DNA from: Blastocladiella emersonii ATCC 22665 | Taxonomy: Eukaryota > Fungi > Blastocladiomycota | Assembly: GCA_025594325.1 (NCBI GenBank) | Contig: JANHCV010000011.1 | Location: forward strand, 310,001-374,000 | Direction: 5' to 3' | DNA: 64,000 nt | Shown: in pieces, positions 35,572 through 47,879 of the stretch | Layout of the letters: each line of letters begins with the position of its first letter | How positions within the stretch are numbered: the first letter of the stretch is position 1 | Notes under the pieces: model-generated | The model's database searches: none | What the model was told of the DNA's origin: nothing | What the model saw: the letters and a program-made list of their open reading frames with translations, nothing else | Made by a program: the position numbers and the translations under genes

Positions 35572-37174
35572 TGGCGTGAGATGAAGAGCGCCGTGGGGGG
35601 AACGGCGTTCTAGGCAGGAAGCCCGTGTACGTAGACCGGTACAACTTGTGGTAACGGAACGTGAGCTTCGATTACAGAGAAATGAGGGGGACAAAACGAG
35701 GGGGAAACAAGAGGGAAAAGAGATGGTAAAGGGGCCGCACTCACCTTGTGGTAACGGAACGTGAGCTTAAAGAGAGCTCACGTCCGCGGCGGGGGTGCGG
35801 CCGCCTTTTGAGGGCGACGGGGAAATGGGCGGCGAGTCACCGGCGGCGGTCGGGCGCGGACGGCCGTGTCCGCGGCGTTGGGGATCACGCGGAGATCAGC
35901 GGCGCGCGCGCGCGTGGGTCGAGCTTCACGCGCGTCGCGTGACAGAGACGGGTGTTTTCGCTGTATATAACGTGTATCGTTCGTCTTCGATCATGCGTGT
36001 GAGAAGTGAGCTTCCCCTCAGCCGCCCGGACGTGGTGACCGCGACAGCGACTGCGATGTCCAGTTCATCCAAGTCTGAGAGGTCGGCACGCTCGACAGCG
36101 GCCTGCATGCTCGAGAGGTCGGCAGCCAAGGTCGACAGCAGACGCCACAGCAGCAGACGGTCGAGCGAGCAGATGCACGAGATCCGGGTCCGAGGCATCC
36201 TGTTGTGCGCCGTCACGTTGCGAGAGTGAGAGCGGGAGCGCAACGTTGGTCACCGTTTCCAGGTCGGCGACCAGGTCAGCGGCGGCCCCAACCCGAGCGC
36301 CTCGAGCACCACGTCCCTGCCCGCTCGTCTGCAACCGTTCTTTCTCTCGAGAGAAGTCGAGCCCACCGTTTGCCATGTATCGTTCGAGCTCGCGATTATG
36401 CTGTGTCACAAACTGTCTCCCGCGCAAGCCACGCCGGAGACAAACCGAGCGGTCATGTGCACGTGACCGGGTTTCGCGCGCGGTTTCGCCGGGTTTCGCG
36501 CGCTTCGACGCGGCGAAGGTCGCAATCTCCGGCCTTCGCGCAGCCACTCACGATGCTGCTCATGGAGCCCGAGGATGGAGATCATGACGGACGCGGCGGC
36601 GACATGACGGCGATGATCGTGGAAGCGCGCTGCTGCGGCCGTGGCCCATGCGCAACATGGGACGCGCCACGTCGGCCAGCCGGCCAATCCCGACTTCCTG
36701 CACGATGATTGGCGCGGATCAGCCGTCCTACAGGCTGGTTTGCGCGCGAACGTGCGAGAGCGCGACACGGGGACGCTGTCCGTTTTTGAGCGACTCGCCG
36801 CCGCCGTCGCTGCCGCCGTCCTCGAACCCGCCGGGAGACGCAACGGCCAGCGATCGAGGCGCGAGGAGAACGGCGAGCGTCGATCCGCCGTGGTTGACTC
36901 GATGGGGACTTCGACGAGCGCCGTACCGGGCGCCGTGCCACGTCGACTCGCAATGGCGCGCAACGGCTCGCGCTCCCGGGCGACCAGACTTAGCTCCAGC
37001 TTCCTCTCCCGGTGCGAAAGCTTCTAGGCGGCCGGGTACAGAAGCGTCGGTGGGAGACGCCCCCGTGGGCAGGGATTCGGGACCTTTTCTGATCGGTAGG
37101 TTGCGTTTTCGAATTTTCGGCGGGCGCTTGCCTTTTTTTCGTCTCCCCGGTCCCCGGTCGTGCTCGTCTCTGAC

Positions 37175-37180
37175 TATAAA
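37175..37180 (+). promoter_or_regulatory. Candidate TATA box upstream of the Ser/Thr/Glu/Cys-rich gene
   Basis: TATAAA followed by a pyrimidine-rich leader and a CAG-rich tract at ~37358-37400. Confidence 0.35.
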
Positions 37181-37632
37181 GCGCCCGCGCTCCCGCTGCC
37201 GGTTGCTGCTGCTCCTCTCAAGCTTTCACGCCAACCTTACATCAACCAAGACCGGCCACTGCGCCCTCCTCCTCCACCCCTCCCTCTCCGCACGCTCTCT
37301 CGCTCTCTCTCCCCGTTCGTCTGTCGCCAGCAGCAGCACGATCGACCCTCCCCACACGCAGCAGCAGCACCAGCAGTATCAGCAGCACCACCAGCACCTC
37401 CTTCTAGGTTGGTACCTGATCAGCAGCTCGCCGTCGTCCTCCCTCTCCCCTCCCGCCACCCTCGCCGCGCTCGCCCCCTCCTCCCCGCTCGCGTCTGGCT
37501 GCACTGCGTCGACTGGGTCTGACCTTGCTCGCCCGCACCCGCTCCCCGCCCCTGCTCGTTGTCGCATAACCGCGCACGTTGCACCACCACCAACAAACTC
37601 TACTCGACGCAACTCGTTACATCACTACCACC

Positions 37633-40600
37633 ATGGCTGGAAAGCGTAACCGCCCCTCGCGCAGTACGTTTTTGCCTTCTCTTCATGCCTTGTTGACGCT
37701 GCGCAGCGGCCGCGGCGTCGCGGTCCGAGCCACCCGGCCTCGTCGTCGGTCACCGTTGCGCGGTCGGTCGGCTGCCGTGATCCTGCTGCGCTTTCCTCGC
37801 CGGCTCGCGTTTGCGCCATGTGCTCGTCGCCGCTGCGCACGCCTCCCGCCGACGCGCGCGCGGCCACGCGGGCCCCGATCGCCTGCCTGAAAAGGCGCGA
37901 GAGCTGCTGCGCCGCATCGTTCCTTCGCACCCACCCCACCGTCATGTTGAACTGGATGTTCACCACCACGCGCCCCGCTCTGTATTACGCTCCTCGCTAC
38001 CCGCCTCGCGCAGAGATGTCGTCGTCGTCCGTCTCGTCGTCGTCGTCGGCCAAGCAGTCCTCGAGCTCCAGCTCCTCGTCGTCGCACTCGTCGAGCAGCT
38101 TCTCGTCCTCGTCGTCGTCGTCGTCGAGCTCCAGCCCCGCCTCGCACCACGCGTCGTCGGCTTCCTTCTCCTCCGGCGCCGCTGCCGCCGCCATCACCTC
38201 TAGCTCGTCGTCGACCTCGTCCGCCTCGTCCGCGTCCATGTCGGCGTCGTCGGGCTCGGCCGCCAAGATCGAGACGTCCGAGGTCTCGACCGCGCAGCAC
38301 TCGGAGACCGTCAACGGAGAGGTGACCCAGTTCGCCGCCGCGGCCGCCGTCGAGGCCACGTCCACCACCATCGACCACTGCGGCGCCGCCGAGACCGAGG
38401 TCGTGTCGGCCTCGACCCTCGTCACCAACCAGGGCGAGTCGGCCGAGTGCATCGCCTATTCGGCCACGTCGCAGGAGTGCATCGAGACCACCTCGGCCAC
38501 CGAGTGCTCGTCGTCGTCCGAGGTCGTCACCACCGAGGAGTGCATGGAGCACGCGTCGTCGGCGTGCGAGATCGCCGAGGTCACGGCGCAGATCGAGGAG
38601 TGCGCCGCCGAGTGCACCGAGACCACCACCACCGAGTGCACCGAGACCGTCACGTCGCAAGAGTCGTGCCAGGCCGAGTGCACCGAGTCGTCGTCGTTCG
38701 AGTGCGCCACGTCCCAGGTCCAGACCTCGTGCGAGTCCGAGTGCATCGACACGTCCCAGGAGTGTACCGCGACCGAGTCCGAGTGCGTCGAGTCGGCCGA
38801 GTGCACCGAGACCACGTCGCAGGAGTGCACCGAGACCAACGAGTGCTCCACCACCATCGTCACGTCGCAGGAGTCGTGCGAGGCCCAGTGCGCCGTCACG
38901 TCGCAGATCAACGAGTGCGCCGCCGTCGAGTGCGTCACGTCGCAGGTCCAGGAGTGCGCCGAGACCTCGGCCGCTATCGTCACGTCGCAGGCTTCCTCGT
39001 CCGAGTCGTCGTCTTTCCACGCCGAGTCCTCGTCGTCGACCTCGTCGTCGTCGAGCGTGTCGGCTTCGTCCAACTCGGCCGTGTCGTCGTCGACGTCTTC
39101 GACCACCTCCATGTCGGTCGCCAACCTGCACACCGAGGCCGCCACCACTCACGAGGAGTCGCACTCGTACGTGACCGAGGAGGGCGAGGAGCACGAGGTC
39201 GTCACCACCATCTACAAGGTCGTGCGCGTCCGCGTCCGCCGCCCCGACGGCACCTACGAGTGGAAGGAGTCGATCGTCCCCGCCAACCAGTCGGCCTCGT
39301 CGGTCACCTCGTCGACTTCCTCCTCGTCGTCGGCCGCCGCTGCCTCGAGCTCGTCGTCGTCGTCCTCGCACTTCGAGTCGTCGTCCATCACCGTCTCGGA
39401 GCAGCACGCCGCCGCTGCCGCTACGAGCACGGCCGCCTCAACGCTCCAGATCTCGGCCCACACCGCCGACTCGGCCGTCGGCAGCTTCATTGTCGACAAC
39501 TCGTCGTCCTTCTCCGCGTCCACGTCGTGCCACGAGGAGGAGACGTCGAGCTGCCACGAGGAGCAGACCTCGTCGTCGTGCACCACCACCACGACCCAGC
39601 AGCAGGAGTCGACCGAGTGCGCCGTCGTCGACACCGCCGCGACGACCGCCGAGGGAGAGACCGTCTTCACGGCCGTGTGCACGCCGCTCGCCTTCATCGA
39701 CACCCCGAACGGCCCCGTCGCCATCGAGGGCGGCGACCTGGCTGCCTACGACACGTGCCTCACGGCCGACTTCTCGACCTCCGTCTCCAACGAGACCTCG
39801 TCGTCGTCGTCGTTCGTCCAGGAGTCGTCCTCGTCGTCGTCCTCGGTCGAGTGCCACAACGTGACTGTCGACGAGTCGTCCGTCACCATGGTCTCCACGC
39901 CGCTGTGCGAGATGCCCGTCGTCCCCGAGGTCGAGTTCGAGTTCACGCCCGTGATCGTGACCGAGGAGTGCACCGAGACCAAGACCGAGGTCGAGACGAC
40001 CGTGTGCGAGTCGTCGTCGGTCGCCATCGAGACCTCGACCACCTCCGAGTTGTGCACCTCGGCTACCGCCACCACGGTCGAGACCGAGCAGTACGAGGTG
40101 ATCGAGAACCCCGTCATCTGCTACCTGCCCGCCGAGCCCGAGGTCGTGCTCACCGCGCCCACGGTCGAGCTGATTGCCGTCGAGGAGACGACTTCGGCCA
40201 CCGCCGTCGAGTCTTCGTCTTCGTCCTTCACCGAGACCCATGTCGAGTCGCACGTCGAGTCGTCCTCCTCGACCTCGACCGCCACCGCCACCGAGACGGT
40301 CGAGACCGAGACCCAGCAGCACTACGCCACGGGCCTGATCGTCCCCGAGACGACCGTCATCACCGAGACCACCGAGACCACCGAGTACGCGACCGGCCTC
40401 ATCGTCCCCGTCGTCCTGCCCGCCTTCGACGAGACCAAGACCGAGGCCGAGCAGGCCGTCATCACCACCGAGACCATCCAGCAGTTTGCCACCGCCCACG
40501 AGGCTGCCGTCATGGCCACGTACTCGACCGGCACCAACGCATCGTCGTCGTCGACCTCGACCTCGACCACTACCACGACCACCGTCGAGGAGTCGGCCAA

Positions 40601-42323
40601 CGTTGAGACCTCCTCGGCCACGTCGTCGATCGTTGAGGAGCAATCCTTCGTCTGCGGCGGCTGCACGTCGACCTCGAGCACCTCGTCGTCGTCGACCACC
40701 GCCGTCGAGCAGTCCTCGTCCTCGGTGTCGGCCTCGTCCAACACCGGTTTCTCGGCCTCGTTCTCGCTCAACGTCGATCGCGGCATGGACAAGAAGACCT
40801 CGACCATCATCATCCAGGACACCATGTCGGCGCGCATCTCGCGCTTCGCGTTCATGATCCAGACCTCGGTCCTCGGCTTCCTCGCGCTCCTGTCGAGCAA
40901 CGCGTCGGGCGCCAGCTGCGACAACCACTCGTACAAGTTCCTGTGGGGCCTCGTGACCCTCAACGGCGCCGTGTGGGCGCTGCTCACCTGGTACGCGTCG
41001 ACGGCCGCGGCCGCCGCCGTGGCTGCCGGCAAGGTGCAGGAGCCGACGTTCGGCGAGCACGCGACCACGCTGGCCGCGACGCTCCAGGCGTCCTCGGCGA
41101 CCCTCGGCCACGACTCGCTGCACGTGTCGCTGCGCCTGTTCAAGACGGTCATGTCGCCCCGCGCGGCGCGCCACGTCATGTGCCTCGCGGCGGCGGTCCA
41201 GGTCGCGTCGCTCGCGTTCCTCGCCACCATTGACGCCGGGTTCTGGCCCGCGTGGCTGCTCGTCGCCGCCAGCAGCGCGACGGTCGTGCACGCCGCGACC
41301 CGCCTCAGCATGCCGCACGAGCGCGTGCCGCTCGTCGAGGACGTGACCATCTACGGGTACACGGTCGAGGGCGTGTCCGAGTACGACCTCGAGGGCACCA
41401 TGAACGTCGCCATGGACGTGGCCACGGGCCACGCCACTTTCGCCGTCGACGTGGCGCGCACCAACGCCATCTCGGTCTCGGGCAAGGTCGCCGCCGCCGC
41501 CCTCGGCGCGTGGCTCGCCGTCACGCTCCGCGCCAAGGCCACCAAGCTCGCCATCACCACCGCGTACGCGTGCGCCGTCGCCAAGGTCACGCTCACCATT
41601 GCCCGCACCCGCGCGGCGATCCTCGCCTTCATCGCCGCCGCGATCCCGGTCGCGATCCTCGCCGCCAAGTTCGCCGGCCTCGCCGTCATCGTGGCCGCCG
41701 CCGCCTTCGGCTTCTACCACGTGTACACCAACTACCTCGCCGCCATGATCACCGAGGCCATGACCCGCCCCGCGTGCGCCACAGGCACCTGCGGCGCGTC
41801 GGGCGTGTTCTCGTCGACCACGACCAAGGTCGTCACCGAGACCACGACCCAGGTGTGGACCTCGGTCACGGCGTCGGCCACCGAGACGTACCAGACGGTT
41901 GTCGACAACCTCGGCGGCAACTCGTACATGCTCCTCATCTTCGTCCTCAACCTCGCCCTGTGGTTCATCATCACGCCCATGTTCGGCTCGGCCTCGGCCA
42001 AGGTCGAGACCACCATCAACGTCGCCAAGCCCGCCGCTGCGCCCGTCGCGCCTGTCGCGCCCGCCGTCGTGGTGGCTGCTCCCGTCACGGTCGCCGCCCC
42101 GGCCGTCGCTGCGACGACCTCGTCGTCGGCCAAGCTCTCGGTTGACGTTTCGGCCGCGATCCCGTCGGCCGCCATGGCGCTCATCCCGCTGTTCCTCGTC
42201 GCCGGGTTCGTGTACCCGTCGGTCATGGGCGGCTCGTGCAACATGTGGCTCTCCACGGCCCTCAACCTCGGCCTCGTCGTGGTCGTCGCCAAGGTGTTCG
42301 CCGCCAAGCAGCAGCAGGCGTAA
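37633..42323 (+). CDS. Ser/Thr/Glu/Cys-rich low-complexity protein (~1440 aa) with a C-terminal multi-TM region; unknown function
   Basis: Long ORF with strong codon bias from ATG 38016. A possible first exon 37633-37663 (MAGKRNRPSR, GTACGT donor) would splice in frame to 38014; start uncertain. About 8-10 hydrophobic segments after ~40820. Confidence 0.8.
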
Positions 42324-43998
42324 TACCTCCCGTCCCCCCTCTTGTTTCTCCTGTATCACCATCACTCCCTAGTTTGTTTGTGTGTTTGCTCATTAGCTGT
42401 TGCCGTTCTTACAATACCATCACCTGTTTCCTTGCTCACCTCTTGGTTTCGTCGAGCTTGAGAGGAAACGACTCGCGTCGTGAGTTGGAGCTTACGGCTG
42501 GTCGAATTGATGGGCGAGGTGATCTGCGCGATCACGCCGCGTCGCTTGTGGTCGACCTCGCGCTGGCTCCACTCCCCATCTCGGACCGCATCTCCGGCCT
42601 CGACTGAATCTCTTGCAGTCTTATCCCCCGAGCTCTTGCCACTCGCTGCATCGTATTCCGTGCTTAGCGCTCCGCCACTGTGGCGCCGGGTGGCGCGTCG
42701 CGTCGTCGTGGCAGTCGGAGCGAGCAGTTCACGGCCGCTGGACTCGGTTCTCGTCGATCTCGCGCACGCACGCACAGCATCTGATCCGGCTGGGTACGTC
42801 AACGGTTCAAGCTTGTCCATCGGTGTCGATCTCACACTGATAGCCTCCGTCGTGCAAAGCTCGCTCAAGCGTGCGCGAGGTCTAGGGTGGAGTCGATCAT
42901 CGGCGTGAAGTCGCTCAGAACTCCCTGCAATGAACAACGCGGCCGACGTATCCAGTTCGACAGCGTCATCAGCGAAGACTACTGCTGCACGCTCGACCTC
43001 GCGTCCAGCTGTGGTACAATCATGAGATGATCGTCCAGAATCAGCTCAGGTACTACTCCTAGCACAGCGCCATGCAGCCGAACATCACACGCTCACGAAA
43101 CTTCGCATACGTGCGCTTCTCCTTCAGCTGACATGAACAACGCCTTACAACCAGCAACGAAGACGCATCGACTCCTCTTCGCCAACGAGATCCGCTTCAC
43201 CGATTCTCTTCGCGATTATGTTTTTGAGGTCTGTCAAAGCGGCTCGAGTCCCGCTGAACCGAATGCACCTCGCTGCTGGGTCGCGCTCGCACACGCGCCG
43301 TGAAAAGACCGCGCCGCGTGTGCGAGTGCGGCCCTCTGTACAACCAAGTAGCAGCGCGGAGCGGAGCGGTCCCGCGGGCTCAAACGCGACGGTGGCCGCG
43401 GCCGAGGTCGGTTATGGGACCGTGTGAGACGAATGAGCGGTGCGATCAATAGAATGACGAAGCCGCGTTGCTGCTGTGTCTCAACCAGAGAAGCAAGTTG
43501 GGTACTCGCATGTTGGGCGACTTTCGTGAGCAGAGTCCGGCGAGGCCGCTTGACAACGGAAGGCAAGCAAGCGAAGCTCACTCGGAACTTGGACAGCATG
43601 TAGGACCGAGACTGTTTTCCAACGCGCGCCATCGACTTGGAAACAGGGGGACTTGCTTGAAGGGGGACGGCTCGCGGATGCAAACGCGCGAGACATTCAC
43701 ACGTGACGTGAGACACTTTCCACGTGATAACTCGACGCGTCGATCGGCGCTGCTCTTTGCCTTTTACTTGTCTCCTCTCGCAATCGCACGGGCTCCTGGT
43801 TTAAACGCAGACCGAAGTTTGACGCATTTGACGCATCTCCAAATCCGAGGCCCGTTCGGTTTTCGCGGTCACGCCTGATGGGAGACGGCGGGCACCCAAC
43901 GCGTGCACTCCCCTGCTGACGACGCGTCGTGTCCGCGTTCCTTTTCTTCTGGTTGAGAATCAAAGCATCGAATGAAATACAGAGAGATGAATAGAACC

Positions 43999-45313
43999 AT
44001 GAATCAACCGCTCTTACTTATCATGGCGGGGCTCGTTGCCCTGCTCATAATCGCGGCCGATGCCAAACCGTTGCTGATTCGGTGCCGGACGCCGCTCCCG
44101 GCTGCTGCGACTCCCATCCTCGTGCGCGCCGAGATCGTGGGCAGCTCGTCGATCCGCACTTCGGTGCCTCGCATTGAGTATACGCCGACAGCGCGTATCG
44201 TGCTTCGCGGCGAAGACGCGACGTGGACACTCCAGCTGAAGCGAAACGACGCGCTCATCAGCCCGCGGTACCGCACATGGTCAGCAGGCAGGGCGTGGTC
44301 CCGGCACCGGCGCCCATTAACTGCTACTACTACGGGAGCGTTCATGGAGTCCAGGGGTCGCTGGTCGCGGTCTCGGCGTGCGAAGGCCTGGTACGCTGGC
44401 TGCGATGACACCGTTCGAATATATGACTGATGACCGTGACGGTGTGTAGCACGGTATGATCCAACTCGGTCCCGAGGAAAAGTACACGATCCACGCGGTC
44501 GAGGAGGCGGGCGTGTCCAGTGCGGACGGCTCGCCCGTTAACGGCGCGACACACGTCTTGGTCCGCGACGATCCCAACTTGTCCGCGACTACGCCCGGAA
44601 CGTGCGGCGCCGTGCCGGCCCCGTCGTCTGACGCCGTGGCCTCGCTCATTCCACGCACTCGGCCGCATCCGCGACATGCTCTCATTGACCCCGCGTCCGG
44701 CAGCTTCCCCATCCGCTCCAACAAGTCGGTCGAGCTCATGCTCGCGGGCGACTACGCGTACGTGCAGCGGTGGGGCAACCGGTCTCTTTCGGTCATGCTC
44801 GAAGCAGCCAACGCGGTTCACGCTTTCTACAAGGCCGCCGACCTGCTTCCTTCGCCCTTCTCGGTGTCCGTGTCGCTCGTCGGGACCTGCTTTGAGTCGG
44901 AGCCCGGCTGGCTCAAGGAGAACCCCGAGATTGTCGATGGCAGCGACCTGCTCTCGACCTTTTGCACGTGGCGCGAGCAGCAGCGCGTATTGCCCGCCAA
45001 CAAGGGCACGGCCCTCGAGTTCAACGATTTCGCGCACATCCTGACCGGCTGCGCCTACACGTCGCCGACCCTGCTCGGGCTCGCGTACGTCGGTGCCGCG
45101 TGTTTGGACGCCTGGGCGTGCGGCATCGAGACTGTCCCAATCGAGGCCACGGCCAGCGGGCTTGGCGCTGTCATTGCGCACGAGGTCGGCCACAACCTCG
45201 GCGTTTTGCATGATGGGGTGAACAACGCGTGCCCGCCGATGGGCTACCTCATGGCCACGACGGTCTGCATCGAGTGCGCGTCCATCTCGAGTACTTTCTC
45301 GGAGCGAAAGTGA
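43999..45313 (+). pseudogene. ADAM/reprolysin (M12B) metalloprotease with signal peptide and prodomain; frameshifted
   Basis: Hydrophobic N-terminus; prodomain LQLKRNDALI and NCYYYGSVHGVQGSLVAVSACEGL; intron 44391-44449; catalytic HEVGHNLGVLHD and Met-turn YLM. Frame breaks at ~44275-44290 and ~45300. Confidence 0.7.
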
Positions 45314-45630
45314 TCTCTGACGACCTGGCCCAATTCCGCCGCCGTGGCGCAACGCGTAGCACGCTGTAAGTGCGCATCAGCTGATCCCGAGGCGCCTTGC
45401 GCCGATCCTTCCCGGCCGCTCTGCTGCCGAACGGGCACGCTCCCCGCGCCCCCACTCCAACCAGCAACAGCAACAACGGAAGCAAATGAACATGGACCGC
45501 AACCAACCGTCGACACGTATTCAGCAGCTCATCGCGCGGAATGAACTGCGGATGGGCGGCAACCCGCCGCCAAGTGCCTTCGGTCCGCAGTGGGCCGCCG
45601 CGTGTGAGCCCTGCCCCTTTTGACGCAAAC

Positions 45631-46532
45631 ATGTCGAAGCAGGAGGGTGAGGCGATGTTGCGCCGCGAGAAGAGGTACTATACGAGGAAACGCGTGTGTG
45701 CGACGTGACTAACGGTTTCTGCAACTTCAGAAAGGCCGCCAAGGACGAGGAGCTCGAGGCCCGCCTTAGCGCCGGCATCAAGGCCAAGCGCGCTTGTCAT
45801 GCGACCGAGGTGACTAAGCAGCTTGCCTGCGTCGCCGCTGAAGCGGTGGAGAAGCCAGCGTCGGCTTTGGCTGATCCCGCCGACTGGGAGTCCGACTCGA
45901 AGGTGTGTATGGAGCTCGCTCGCCACGTCCATGCACCAGTTGATTCCGAGACCATCGACCATCTTGAGCTCGCCAGCAGTTCAGGAGGCCGGGTCCCTGT
46001 CCGTCTCGTTGCTGCCGACTTGGCCGAGCGCGATGGACCGTTTGTCCGGTTCTCTTCTCCATGCCGGGGCGCCAGTACTTGGTACCGACAGGTTCGGCAC
46101 ATTGTTGTTAAACCGCTCCGCTGCTGGCGCAAGGCACCGTCACTGCTGGCCTCGCAGCAAGTCACGATCCCCGCTTCGCCAACAAAGCCGGTGGTACTCA
46201 TCGTTCGCGAGGACGACACCATGTTCGCGTGCGACCCGGAGCATCTCACGCTCATGCCGACCACGGCGGCTGCATTCGAAAGCACGCTCTCGCGCTTCCG
46301 GGTTCTCGACCAAGACCTTGAGCCAGGCGACCGCATTGAGTACACGGCCGAGTCTGACTCGCCCGCATGGTGCTCAAGTTTATTGACTCCGAGTACGCGT
46401 CGTATGGCTATCGGTCGCACTGCATCTACCACGCTTCGGCCCGACGACCCAATGGTCTACGTGCGCGATCGCGCGACACACGAAGAGTCTGTGATCTGCC
46501 TCGAGGACATTACGAAGGTCCTCTCTGTTTAG
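45631..46532 (+). CDS. Hypothetical protein, 281 aa, 2 exons
   Basis: Exon 45631-45674, intron 45675-45730 (GTACTA..GACTAAC..CAG), in frame with ORF 45696-46532. Confidence 0.55.
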
Positions 46533-46755
46533 CCGTGTCGGATCTTCTCGAGTAATTATAATATATCCATCTTTCGCCTTGTTCGGTGCTGAAACAATTC
46601 TTGGCGTTTGGTCGCGAGCGAAGCGGAAGCTACGACGCGGTTCGTTTCAAGTTTGGCGCCACGCACATGATATCGCGACGCGTACTCACAGCCTGTCTCG
46701 CGGACACGCTCGCACTCGTTCAATGCGGATGGTGGGTATCAACAAATGTATGAAA

Positions 46756-47340
46756 TCAAAAACGAACAAAATCCATGACAGCGGGCTGCTCGTCGTCGTC
46801 AGCGAAGAACTCGTCATGGAGCTCATCGACGACAACGACCTTGCCGCCCGCAACGGGGACAGGAGCAGCACGCCGGGACAGTCGCGCCTTGACCGCCGCC
46901 CACGCCAGACGAGGCGAGAGCGACGACGAAGACCAAGGCGACGACTTGGCCGACTTGTCCGCCGCTGGGCTCGGATGAGGGACGACCAGCGTGTTGTCCG
47001 AGCCCAGGTCGCCGCAGGCCGCGAACGGGGCCGGGGCGGTGAGCTCGGCGAACGGGTCGGCCGGGGCGGGCACCGTTGACTGCTTCGACTTGTTCGTGTC
47101 GCGCTTGCCGGGGCGCGGCACGATGCGAGGCAGGCGGGCCGTGAACTTGCCGAACGCGTGCTTGACCGAGGCGACGGCCGAGGGCACGAGCGGCAACTTG
47201 AAGGCCTTCTCGGACTTGCAGCGGTAGTCCTCGCCAGCCAGGGGAAGCGTGGCGAACGAGGACGAGGACTGCTGCTGCTCGTGGGCCGGGAGGAGGAGGG
47301 CGGTCGAGGGGACCTTGGCGGGGGCGGAGAACATCATCAT
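46756..47340 (-). CDS. Hypothetical Ser/Pro/Ala-rich protein, ~194 aa
   Basis: Intronless ORF with host-like codon usage (C/G third positions); A-rich context before the ATG. Confidence 0.55.
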   Translation of the reverse strand: MMMFSAPAKVPSTALLLPAHEQQQSSSSFATLPLAGEDYRCKSEKAFKLPLVPSAVASVKHAFGKFTARLPRIVPRPGKRDTNKSKQSTVPAPADPFAELTAPAPFAACGDLGSDNTLVVPHPSPAADKSAKSSPWSSSSLSPRLAWAAVKARLSRRAAPVPVAGGKVVVVDELHDEFFADDDEQPAVMDFVRF

Positions 47341-47879
47341 TTTTGGGATAGGCTCTGGAGGGCGGACGAGCACAAGCGTTAGTGATGACGGTCAGCGAGT
47401 GTTACGTAAAGAGATGCGTACATGGATGAAATAAGACCTAGGTTGAAGAGCAGGAGAAGGAGGGCCGAGGGGCGGGCGATCTTCATAGGAGGCAAGCGCG
47501 TGCATTTAACGAAAGGTCAGTTCAAGGCGAGCGAGTCGCTCGCTGCATACAACGTTCATTTCGACCCCCGTGGCAGTGGCGATCACCCACAAGGCAGAGT
47601 GCGAGACATCACGGGGCTGCGAGACTATTAGTTCAAGTCAAGCAAGCCGCTCGGACGGTGATTCGTTCAAAAGCCCATCGTTGAGGTTGAGAGCACCCTC
47701 GTGCCTCAACGCGTCGACGCGCCGCTCATGAACGGCAATCCGCTGTTCCCGCCGAGTCCACGTCGTTTTCACAACAGAGAGAATCAAAGAGGTACATTCG
47801 CAAAACAGTCATTATATGTACAGCTTGGATCAGGGCGCGACAACGATGACAAGGTAGCGCGCTCTCTCGACCCCCAAAA

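Noticed and set aside
35900-37030. Overlapping ORFs of 100-185 aa
   Set aside because: No domain signal or consistent splice structure; treated as intergenic.
37683-42365. Very long minus-strand ORFs (574 and 975 aa), and similar ones at 51327-53153 (+), 55240-57228 (+) and 24209-25417 (-)
   Set aside because: Antisense shadows of real genes caused by GC-rich codon bias; Arg/Gly-rich with no motifs.
43410-43418. ggttatggg resembling a copia primer-binding site
   Set aside because: No LTR before it and no gag/pol after it; probably chance.
42400-43950. Possible decayed gene or TE relic
   Set aside because: Several frames give short protein-like stretches with stops but no recognisable motif; cannot choose among them.
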